From Cyanophora paradoxa CCMP329 (taxonomy: Eukaryota; Plantae; Glaucophyta): 64,000 bases of DNA. The translations under genes and the position numbers were made by a program. The notes under the pieces were generated by a model. It saw nothing but the letters and a program-made list of their open reading frames with translations, was not told the DNA's origin and did no database searches. Positions 24,181-35,200 of the stretch are shown one piece after another (the stretch's first letter is position 1; the number at the start of each line of letters is the position of its first letter). The stretch is from NCBI GenBank assembly GCA_004431415.1, contig QPMI01000106.1:1-64000 (forward strand), in the 5' to 3' direction.

Positions 24181-24784
24181 GATGTGAGCGGCCGAGAAGT
24201 TGACGCGGCGGCGGGAGAGGCGCGTGCACGCACCCTCCGCTCACGCGTCGCTCCTCAACTGTGGCGGTGGTGCACTGCGACTGGCGCTCGCCGGCTGCGG
24301 ATCCGGAAGCGGAGAATCAGCGCAGCCGCGACGGCGCGCGCCGTGCGCGGGCCGGGCTCTAGCTAGCCGGAGTGAGCGGATGCTCGCTCGTGATGGATAG
24401 CTAAAGCGAGGCAAGAGAGAGCGGCAGAGGCGAGGCCTGGCCTGGCGGAATGTTTGCAATTGCAATTGATGCGCTCTACGTCTCTACGAGCAAAGGGCCG
24501 GGCGCACGGGCGCCGCCGGTCACAGCGGCAACGCGCGCACAGCTAGCTTCCGTTTCGCTCTCGCGTGCCAACCTCCCAAAAGACACGGAGGAATCCGTTC
24601 GGAGCCCCAGGCGTCACGAACCGCGCGCGGCGGCTCGGCGAGATCGCGCACCTTCAAGCCACTTGTTTCGATCTTAAGGAGCAGCTGCAGCTCTCCCGGG
24701 CCCCGGCTGGCCCGACTTCGAGATGTCGGCGTACCCGCAGCGAGCTCGATCCCCCCGAAAAAGTCCGCGAAAACTCGAAATCAA

Positions 24785-27700
24785 ATGGCGGACGAGAGCC
24801 GGGCGAAGCGTGCGCGCACGGCAGCGAGCGGATACGAAGGTGAGCTCGAGCGGACGAAAGGAGGTCGGCAGCGCTGATTTAGCGTCGTTCCGCCTCGCAG
24901 GCGATATCGATGCGGCGGGACTCGCCGCGGGAGGCGGGGCGAGCAGCCGCGGGCATGCGCAGCGCGGGATGCACGCCTCTGCATCGAGCAGCGCGGCAGC
25001 ATCGCCCGCGAGCGGTTCGTGCGCCGCTCGCCCGCGCTTTCAATTTGATCGCGATTTGAATTTTAATTTCTCACGAGGCGAGGCGCACACTAGTGGAGGG
25101 GGGGGTCCCGGGAGATCAGCTGGAGAATAGACTGAGACTAGCTGGAGACTAACGCATTTTTGGGGCTTCAGGAGACTAGATGGAGTATTTCCTGAGCTGT
25201 AGTCTCCAGCTAATATCCGCTTGGAGACTCTTTGGAGACTTGTATAGAGCCACTCTCCAGCAAGTCTCCGCGCCTTGGCTGGAGACTTCGCGGAGATATC
25301 GATCTAGAGTATATGTATCGACGTCCGAATTTATCAATATTACAGTTTTAGTTGTAGGTAGTGTGCCTTCCTGCAGCTAATTATATATAACTTATAGCAT
25401 CGATATAAACGAGGCCAGCTCGTCTGCAAACTGAGCACGCGGGGGCCAAGGGCTCGAGGGGTGCGGGGCTCGTGGTTCGAACTCCGAGCGGGCTTCCAAG
25501 CATGCAGTATCTCTTAATAGCATCTGAATGACTTATATTCGGAGTGGTGGAAGCTGCCTGCGAATGGGTGGGGCGGAATGATGCTGGGAGCAATATGGGG
25601 CCCCCGTTACTGCGAATCTTGAATACCGGTTCAGGCTTTAATTGGCTGGCCGCAGAAACACGCCCATCGTCTCCGCCACCCTCGAAAACCCCCATCTACA
25701 CCCTTCTGGATATTTATGGTATTTCGTAAAATGTAAAATGCGCAGGTTGAGTGCAAACCGCCGATGTCATGTCATGCAAATCATGTTCATGATCATCATG
25801 TTCATGACCGAGTCGCGGATCGGGCCCTCTTCTCGTATCGACCTAGAAACAAGCACCCACCCTATTTTGAAGCTTCTGATTCCAAATATGCAAGTTTTAG
25901 AAGCTGGAGATGAGCCGGTGCGTTCACAACAGGCCGCCAAATTTGAACCGGCTGCGTATACTTTCCGCTGCGGAATGCATTCCCCGGAACCCCCACCCGG
26001 CGCGCAGCATGCCACGAACATTCTATATCGATTAGAGATGCGTATAGAGGCCGCGCAGCCCCCAGCGCCGCTCCGCGGGACGGCGCGTGCGAAAACTGCC
26101 CCGCTGTGCCGAAAGCGAAAATCGCGCTGCATGTTTACTGCACATTTAGATAAAGAATCATCCTAACGACCTCCGTGCATCCTTACGCGCGGGAATAGGG
26201 GAGGCGCAGAGGAGCGCGGCGGTCCAGAGGGTTCTCCTGGGGAGATCTCGGGCCCGGGCTCCTCCCCGGCCGCGGCGCCGGGCGCCGCGCTCGGCCTGTG
26301 GATAGCCCATGTCAAGACGCGCACGGGGAGCCGCGCGGAGCCGCCCGTCGCCGCCGCCGTGCCGAGAAATGAGGAACTGAAGGAAGGTCACTAAGAAATC
26401 ATGTACCCCCCGGTAGGGGTACGCACCGCTTGCCCGCACCCGTCTCCGTCGGGCCGCGCAAGTCCGGCGGTCCGGCGCGCCTCCGGTGGCCCGGGGCGGG
26501 TCGGGAGGTCCGTCCTAGGGGATAGTGTCAGAATAATGTCAGAATAAGGTCAGGCGGGGGGTGTTCAGAACGGGGCGATCTAGAAGCACGTCGCAGCGCG
26601 CATTGAAGAGACATTTGAGATTATGCGTAGAGCTTAAGAGCGGCGCCGCGGCCTGGCGAGCGCGCACCAGAAAAGCGCGGAGCTCCGCAGCCGTTTCGCG
26701 TGGGGAGTTCGCCTGCGAAATCTGAACAAGCAGAACTCGAGATTAGATGCAGACTAGTGCGCGGGATAAGAGAACGCGCCCGGCGCAGCGATTCTCGTGG
26801 CACAGCGGCCCGGCAACAGTGCCAGGAAGTCGTTTCTAAAAGTCATCTGCCGGACCGGAGACTATGCTCATTTAACTCGTATTGAAGCCCTCTATAAGCC
26901 TACGTGGTCGGCCGAAAGTTGATTTTTGCCCCCCAGGGGCACCTTCGTACCTGGAGGCGGCGGACGTCGTCCTCGAGCTCCACGGGCTCCACGAAAGCGC
27001 CAGATCGATCCCCGACAATCTGGGAGGCAAAAATATGTGAGATGCGCATTGAAGAGACATTTAAGATGATTGATGGGGCTTAAGAGCTGCGCCCTGGCCC
27101 TGGCGCTAGATCCGCAAAGGAAGCTCCTCACGGAATCGAAGGGGGTCGAAAGACGGTCCCCCGTACTCTACTCCCTCAGAGGAGCTGCCTCTGCTAAGAA
27201 AATTTTGGGAGGAATCGCCGCCCTGGCGAGCGCGCACCCGAAACGCTCGGAGCTCCTCAGCCGTTTCGCGTGGAGAGCTCGCCTGCGAGATCTGCGAGTT
27301 CCGGGATTGAGGTTAGATGCAGACCAGTGCGCGGGGAAAGAGAACGCGCCCGCGGCAGCGATTCCCGTGGCCCAGCGGCCCGGCAGCGCTCCCAGGAAGT
27401 CGTCTCTAAACGTGAGCCACCGGACCGGATACTATGCTCTTTTAACTCGTATTGAAGCCCTTTATAAGCCTACGTGGTCGGCCGAAAGTTGATTCTCCCT
27501 CCCCTAGGGACCCCTCGGACCTGGGCGAGCGCGGCGACGGGATGGTCGTGGAGCCGAGGAAGGCCGCCCGCGAGGGGGGAAGGAGCGGCGGAGGACCCGC
27601 TCCCGCGCGGCCGTTTCGCGAGCATCTGAGGCGAGGATCACGGCTATGCGCAGCGATTGGGCGGGAGCGCACGGGTGCGGCCGCGCGACCATCAAACTGC

Positions 27701-30700
27701 GGCGGCCGTCGGCGCTCGGGCGCGGCGCGGCAGCGGGCGCGGCTCGCCTGCAACAGGATCGACCGGAGAGACGATGCAGAGCGTTGCGCGTGCGCGGTGC
27801 GTCGTGCGCTCTCGAAGGTGCAAGCAATCCGCACGCCGCCTGCCAGCCTGCACGAAATCGCGTCAGGTCGGGCTGAAAGCGTGCAAGTGGCGCTCTTACA
27901 TCGACTCAAGACCTCTGTGATGTAGAGCGGGGAGCTGCGCCGAACCTGGGCCCGGATGAGCAACTTCTCCCGAGGTCGGCGCCGCTGGAGAGCGCAACGG
28001 GGGCTCGCGGGGACCGATCCAGCGCACCACGCATCCACGCTCTCGGTACGCTGCTAAGAGCAAGCGGCCTCCTGCGCTGCCGCACGCATCTGGCCACGTC
28101 ACCTGCGGAGCCTGCGGGGTCTATGGCGCTCTCCACTCTTCGTAGCTAGCGCCTCCAGTGCAGAGCTGCACTCGCCGCTTGTCTTGCATAACTCTAGCTA
28201 AGAGCAAGGTCGGAGGTCCGAGGTCTTCGAACTTGGGTACCGATTTTGAACGGGGTACACAAGTCGCAAATATCGGAGTCCTCGCTGCCCGCTGCTGCGC
28301 CTTGCTGCGCCCGCGGGCGAGCGGAGCATGCAGCAGCGGCCTCTCTAGTGTTGTGTGCATCTCGTACGCGCGCAGGTCGGCAGCGAGAGCGGGCCGCGGG
28401 CGGACTTCGTCGAATCAGGTCCGTGGCCCGCCTCCCGCGAGCTGCCGACTTCTCCATACACTCTGTGCTGACCAGAGAGCTTCAGGAAGTGGGCAGCTTC
28501 CGCCCGGAGCGCCGAACGGCTTTGTCCGCAGCCCGCCAGGTCCGATCCGCGGAGCGCGGCTTAACTCGTGCTCTCGGACGCGCTGCGATCGCTCTGTGGG
28601 CTATTCTTGCTAATCGTCGCACGCAGGAACTTCCGTGGTGACCCGCGACCGCACGACTCGGACTTCACACTTCCTGCAGCTGCAGGCTGCAGCCCCGCGC
28701 GAGTTCGCCTCGCGATCCTCGATGAAGGTACGCGTTCCTCCCGACCGGACGCTCGCCGCCGCCCGATCCCCGCCGAGGCCCGCTCGCGCTTGCTGACTCG
28801 CGGCCCCAGATCTTCGCCTGCGTCGAGGCGTGCAGCGTGGGCGCGACTTCGCCTCGCGATCCTCGATGAAGGTATGCGCTCCTCCCGGCCGGACGCTCGC
28901 CGCTGCCCGATCCCCGCCGAGGCCCGCTCGCGCTTGCTGACTCGCGGCCCCAGATCTTCGCCTGCGTCGAGGCGTGCAGCGTGAGCGCGACTTCGCCTCG
29001 CGATCCTCGATGAAGGTACGCGGTCCTCCCGGCCGGACGCTCGCCGCCGCCCGATCCCCGCCGAGGCCCGCTCGCGCTTGCTGACTCGCGGCCCCAGATC
29101 TTCGCCTGCGTCGAGGCGTGCAGCGTGAGCGCGACTTCGCCTCGCGATCCTCGATGAAGGTACGCGGTCCTCCCGGTCGGACGCTCGCCCGCTCGCCCTT
29201 TCTGACTCGCGGCCCCAGATCTTTGCCTGCCTCGAGCTCTGCAGCGTGGGCGCGACTCCTCGGCAAGTTCACACCTAGCTCACACGGCCGGGGCCGATCT
29301 CGTCGCTTCCCTTCAAGAGAAGTAGCCGTAGCTAGAAAGCTGTAGCTAGATGCTAGCTATCGCTGCAGCGCAGCTAGATAGCTATATTAGCTATATATAT
29401 AGCTATCTGCATTTTGTTTAATCTCCAGAAAATCTGCCTGGGCGTACCATGAAGTCTCCGGAAAGTCTCCTGTGGTTCTGCGGGGCGGGGCAAGAACTCT
29501 CCCGAAAGTCTCTATAGCTAAGGTTTCTAATCTCCGGGAAGTCTGCACATGCATGCACATCTAGTCTCCGGCTAGTCTCGGTTTTAATCTCCAGGTAGTC
29601 TCGTGTTAATCTCCAGAAATCCTCTATAGTCCGGAAATGGAGATTGGATTTCGTATTCTCCAGCTGATCTCCCGGGACCCCCCCCTCCACTAGTGGCAGG
29701 CGGCCGCGGTGGAGCGCACTTGCACGTGGCTGTCGCGGAGACTGGTTCGGGAATCTGCAGCAGCGAATCCCGAGCAGCATCCGGAGCCGTCGAGAGCCCG
29801 CTGGACGCGCTGCCGGACGAGCTGCTGGGCCGCGTCCTGTTCCTGGCTGCAGCTGCGCGGCGGGATTGGATCATTCGCCATGGGCCACAAACTAGTCGAG
29901 TATCGATTCCCGATTATGTAGACGACAAGCCCGACGTGCAGCCGAAGCGGCTCGTGAAGCTGAAGGCTGTGTGCCGGCGTTTCCGGCGAGTCGTGGACGA
30001 CGGCAGCCTCTGGGGCCGCGTGGCGCTGCAGCGATCCGAATCAAACGATGCGGAGGCGCAGGCGCTGACGAAGCTGCCGGAGAAGGCGCGGGCTGCGGTG
30101 CGAAGAATCTTAATCGATCGCGGCACTCTGAGCCCGGCCAGCTTCCGGCAGCTCGCATCGAGTTTCCGGCATCAGCTCATCGAGCTTGATCTCAAATTCG
30201 AATCCGATGAATTCAGAATCTCGATGAGTTCGCTGTCTAATGCGATCCGGATCGAGCGCGGCGATAGATCTAGAGCCGACCGCAGCGAACCGCAGAACTC
30301 GACGGCCTTGGCATTCGCATCGCTAATGGCTCTCAAGCACTTCTCCAGTTTGAGCATCCTTCGCATCGATGTGCTCGGCGATCTGGACGACTCGGCGCCC
30401 TATGCGCACCAGAGCATCGCCTGCGTCTCCCTCGTGCCCTCCCTCCGGGTGCTCGACCTGCGGCTCCCTCTGCCCGTCTCCGTCCTCTCCGCCCTTTCGC
30501 CGCTCAAGTCTTCGCTCCGGGACCTCTCCTTTGAAGTCGAAATCGCGAGCGACATTGACGGCGCCGGCCTCGGGCCGGCCATCGCTGCCGCCTCCGTCTT
30601 CACGGGTCTCCAGCGGCTTCATCTGGAGTTCAGCGACTGCAGACCCAGGCCCAGGAATTCGAGCGTTCCATTCAAGCCTTCGGCGAGCGAGGCCGAGTTG

Positions 30701-31881
30701 CGAGCGCTCTGCGCCCTCGGCAAGATGCGAGGTACAGTCGAATTTCAATTCCCTTTTTCAGTACATACAAATTGTGCACTGCTGCTTATGCATACGTCGC
30801 AGCCCTGTATCTCGGCTGTCAGCTCGGCTCGATTGGGTTCCTTCGCAGCATGCCGGCCTTGCAGCACTTGGACGCGACCCTCTGGCTGCAGGCGGACTTC
30901 GACGCCTCGCCGCTGTCCAGTCTCTCGGCTTTGAGAACACTCAAGCTCGCAGTGGAGCCGGGTAGCGGCGACCCCTTCCCCGGTGCAGAGAGCTCACTGG
31001 CGGCTTCCCTGGCTCGCACGCCAGCCATCGTGGTCCGCTGTAAATTTCTTTTCGAATTTCTTGCTGCGCATACTCTAGCTCTGATCATGATGATGACGCC
31101 TCCGTATTAATATTCTCATGGTCACTTATTACAAGTCACTCATGACACTGACACTTCCTTATTAATATTTGCACTAAGTAACTCACTCGCTTGTGCTCCC
31201 TTTTTATATATGCCCTTATATATTTTAATTAGGAAGCACAACTGGAGCTGCCTCGTCGGGTCTTCGAGGACCTCGGAGCGCAGTCTTTGGAGCAGTGGGC
31301 TTCGCTTCGGCTTTTGCATTTAAAAGTGGTCAAGTGCAGGGGCGAGCTCGAACGAGCTCTAGAGCTGCCCGGCGTTCTCCTTCGGGTGCGAGGCTTTCAA
31401 ATGAAATGATAGCGCAATTATAATTACTATTGTAAAAACATTAACCATGTTTAGATCTCCGATCGCGAGTAGAAAGTAATTTAAGCGCTTGCAGCGGCTC
31501 GGATCGGACGTGCCGTCGCTGCGCACTCTGGTCGCCCAGTCGTGGCCGCCCCTGAAGAGCGACCCCCTGTCGATCTACGCGCTCAACTACCTTCACGAGC
31601 TCCAGGCTCGAAATTCTATACATATATAGCTGTTGCTAGGTATTCTATTAATTATAATTTGACGTCGATGCTGCCTGCAGATCTCGTGGTTCTGCATGAT
31701 GGCGGCAACAGACCCGGCCCTCGAGTCCAAGCTTGCGCTGGCGCAGCTTCAGAGCGTCTTGTTGGACGTCGATCCGCGTCCAGGTCGTCTGCTCCTAATT
31801 ATAATGTGGATCGATACGTGTATACCAGCTGCGGTACCAGCTGACATGCAGCGCTTTAGTGTGGCTTGGCTAAAGCTTTAG
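24785..31881 (+). CDS. F-box/LRR protein (paralog 3), intron 2 expanded by a CACTA insertion
   Basis: Exon 1 MADESRAKRARTAASGYE (24785) is homologous to paralog 2 exon 1. Exon 2 at ~24901-25013. The F-box exon resumes at ~29700 with 'LDALPDELLGRVLFLAAAARRDW...LKAVCRRFRRVVDD'; LRRs continue to '...RFSVAWLKL-stop' at 31881. Confidence 0.78.
26597..27495. repeat. Internal direct duplication (~330 bp unit) within the CACTA element
   Basis: gcgcattgaagagacattt...ttaactcgtattgaagccc..tataagcctacgtggtcggccgaaagttgatt occurs at ~26597-26925 and ~27043-27495. The second copy has a ~115-bp insert flanked by gccctggcg. Confidence 0.8.
28700..29260. repeat. 144-bp tandem repeat x~4 inside the CACTA element
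   Basis: cgcctcgcgatcctcgatgaaggta at 28706, 28850, 28994 and 29138. Confidence 0.92.
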
Positions 31882-32275
31882 CACAGCATATGCATGAGAC
31901 AGCTCTTCTACGTATACGTTCTTATAATTAGTCATGTTTTGGAACCTCAGCACCAGTAGCACCCGTTTTGTGTGCAAATTGAACCTTGAGCTTTAATTGA
32001 GATCCATGGCACACGAACTTCGGAAAATCAGTCTTCTAGTACTCGATACATTGATATTGCAGCCTGGCAAGCACAGTCAATTACACTTAAGACTCGAGCT
32101 CGCAATAGACCGCTGGCTCTAATTAATTAATTATTGCATTGGCTACAATTTAAATCTCTTGCTCCGGGGATATCGATATCGATCGCTCGCCGGGCCCGCC
32201 GGCGCCGGCGGGGCGGCGCACTGCGGCATGCATATGTGCAGACTCGAGAATTGGAAGGCCCGACCGCGATCGCGA

Positions 32276-35200
32276 TCAGGCGGAGGCGGCGGCCTCGACG
32301 GCGAGGGCCGCCTCGTCGGCCTCGAGAGCCAGCGCCTCCAGCGCCTCCGCCGCCGCCGCCACCTGCGCCCCGCCCCGCCCGCCCGCTTCCGTCAGAGGCT
32401 GGAGACCGTACGCGTCGGACGGCGCGGCGGCTCGCCTCGTCGTCCACCGCCGCCGCCTCGTCGTCCTCGTCCACGGAGGCCGCTGCGAACGCAGTCGCGC
32501 GTGTATGTGTTAGCCCAGCGCGATCGAGACGCTAGGATCAAGAAATCGATGTATAGTTCGCAAGCCTTAGATCTAGAGGCACGGGCCTCCCAATTACTAT
32601 TGAGCGAATGCGGTATATATATATATAGTTATAAAGCCATGTATCAGAACTTCGAACTGGATCCAGAAATCTAACTTAGTAAAGGAGGCGCACCGTCTTC
32701 GTCGAGGCGCGACAGATCTAGAGTGGTGCCAGTCGTCAACGTCGCCGTCGCGGTCGAGCCGAGCGTCAATGTACCCCACGCGGACGGCCAGGCCGTGAAA
32801 ACGGGGTACTGGGCCTCTGGATCTTCTTCGGCGTCCTCGCCCGTGTCCGGGATCACGTAATCGCTCGCGAAGACACCCGGGAGCGTCGTCTTGTTGTCGA
32901 GCGCACTCTCCGGCTGGGCGAAGATGTCTCCGGCCTTGAACTGCTCCGTCGTGTAGAGCTGCGTGTCGGTCATGGCCTTGCTCACGTTGTCCGTGATGAC
33001 GTGATTGTACTGCGCCAAAGAATCAGCCAGCAGACTCATATATATGTTATATATAGCATGTGGTATTCTTATTACAAATACCCGCGCTTTAGCGCAGTGG
33101 TATAAGGTCGTGCTACGACCTCCCGACCTCCCGGATTCCCGGGTTCGGTTCCTGCTGTTTCCGCTACGTTGTACTTCGAATCCCTGTGATTCCCGATACC
33201 GTGACTTGTATCCTCGTTGTGTACTACGAGTGGGCACGCCCACCGTAGATCTTAAAAAAAAAAAAATTCTTATTACAAATGCCAATTGCAAAATTGCTTA
33301 TGAAGGCATGAGTAAAATGCCGAATTGCGAGTGGATTCAATTATAACGCATCACATATAACAGCTTACCGGCTGATCCGCATCGCATTGTCCCCTGTCGC
33401 AATATTTCAATACATATGTGTTTGAGAGCGAGCGGGGTCATGGTCTAGAGCGCATGCGCAGCTCCAACGCACAGCTTCGCAGCTGGAAAATCTCCCCAAA
33501 TATCTGATGTATCTGCTGTGACGCATAAATCGCTATCGTGGAAGCGCAAGGTCGAAGCAACAGCGCCCACGCCGTCGATCTGGCGAGAAAGTAATCGATA
33601 AGTAAAGCTCATTCAACTCTAAAGCAGACCGGTTAACCGAAAATATATATCGATCACGATCACGATCTTAAGTAAACGATCACGATCTTAAGAAAATATG
33701 TATATAAAACCGCACCTGTATCTGCTTCGTCGCATCCACGACAATCATGTCGGCGCTCTCCGGCATGGAGATTGTCTCGCCGTCCACCCACTGTCCCACT
33801 GGCTTCGTCGTTAGCTCATCGCCCACCTCGTTGACATCCGCGTTCACTGCGCGGGAGAAGATTAAATATTTGGCTTTGGTTCCGAGGCCTTGCGCATCCG
33901 GTCGCTGGCGTGGGTTCGAATCCAGGCCTAGGGTCACGAACCTCCGCCCGTAGAGACGAGGACCTCGCCGGTCTTCCAGTTCATCAAGGCAGAGCCGCCC
34001 GACTGGTTCGGGACCTGAATCCAGTACTGAGTGGGATCGATGGCTGCGCATGCCCCATGGCCATACGGAGGGCCGAGTCAGCGCAAAAACGGAGGATTAA
34101 TTCATATGATCAGCGACGAATTCGAATATAAAAATTAATGCGGTTGCGCACTTTTGTACGCTTTGCCGCCAATCTCGTCGGTGACCGTGCCAAAGCGGCA
34201 GGCGGCGAAGAAGACTTCAGAGTCGTAGTTCGTCGTGAGGCACTTTGCTTCGCTGTCCATTTCCGCTATCTCGGCTTGCACGATGGGGAAGCCGCCGTAG
34301 TAAACTTCTACGACCTCCCCGCTTGCTGGAGCAGTCGTATCCGATGGAAGAGGGCACTTCAGATCCGTCGGCACCTCGCACGTGCCGTCGTCGCTGCGCG
34401 CGCGTGCAGAGCTAGAGTTAATACGGCCAAAACCAAACCGCCCGGATCCTCGTCCTCAGAAGATCTAATAAGAAAAGAAGAAGATACGCTACAGTGACAA
34501 ATGCTCAAGCGCGTGGCGCACCGGCACATGCTCGTGATCTGCGCCGTGTAGTTCACAGCAGGGCCTTTGACGTTCAGGCAGGCTCCCTGCAGACGCGCGC
34601 GCGCTCCAAGCATCAGCAAACATTTCGGTGCGACTGGTACCAAATACTGAGCCGCGGCCGCACCGTGATGCAGGACTTGGGGCCGGGGGCCGGCGCAGTG
34701 AAGTCCGGTTTCACGTCAATCGTACTGCATGTTGAAATATTAATCGAGTTATAATTACGAAACGCAACTTATATGTGATTTACTACCGTACTACAGCAGT
34801 AGTACAGCTATTAAATCAAACGGTACTTGGCGTACCCGGGGACAAGCTTCTCGGGCACGAATGTCTGTTTCCCATCGGTCCGCGTCTCCGAAGCCTCAAC
34901 CTGCAACGTTAACCACGGCGGGCGTACATGTCATTAGCCTCCGCCGCAGTGTCGCAGCTGTGCATTGCAGAGATCCGCGCATGCACACCCGCGTGCCGGT
35001 GATCTTGCTGGTGGGCGTGAGGCTCGGGGGCCCGTCGGGGAGCTCAGTGCTGCCGGGAAGCGGCGTCTGCGATGTAAATGTAATTATGATTAGTATACGC
35101 GCGCGGCGCACGCGTGAGAAGATGCGAATCATTTGTGCGTGCATGCAGGCGAGTTCTACGCTCAGACCTGGATTGGGTTGACGACCTCCGCCTCAGAGTG

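Larger units (their letters stand above)
25088..29695. mobile_element. Non-autonomous CACTA (En/Spm) DNA transposon
   Basis: Perfect 42-bp TIRs CACTAGTGGAGGGGGGGGTCCCGGGAGATCAGCTGGAGAATA (25088-25129 and 29654-29695); 3-bp TSD GCA (25085-25087 and 29696-29698); many subterminal GGAGA(C)T/AGTCTCC motifs at both ends; no recognisable transposase. Confidence 0.93.

Noticed and set aside
28700-29260. Regular repeats as a CRISPR array (also 19603-19932 and 60106-60780)
   Set aside because: Head-to-tail tandem units with no unique spacers, no cas genes, and a eukaryotic context.
25130-29653. Transposase (TnpD/TnpA) inside the CACTA element
   Set aside because: No ORF or exon chain with recognisable transposase motifs could be found by eye.
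33084-33160. Functional tRNA gene
   Set aside because: No complete cloverleaf or acceptor stem; it is followed by an unrelated body, poly(A) and TSD, so it is a SINE head.
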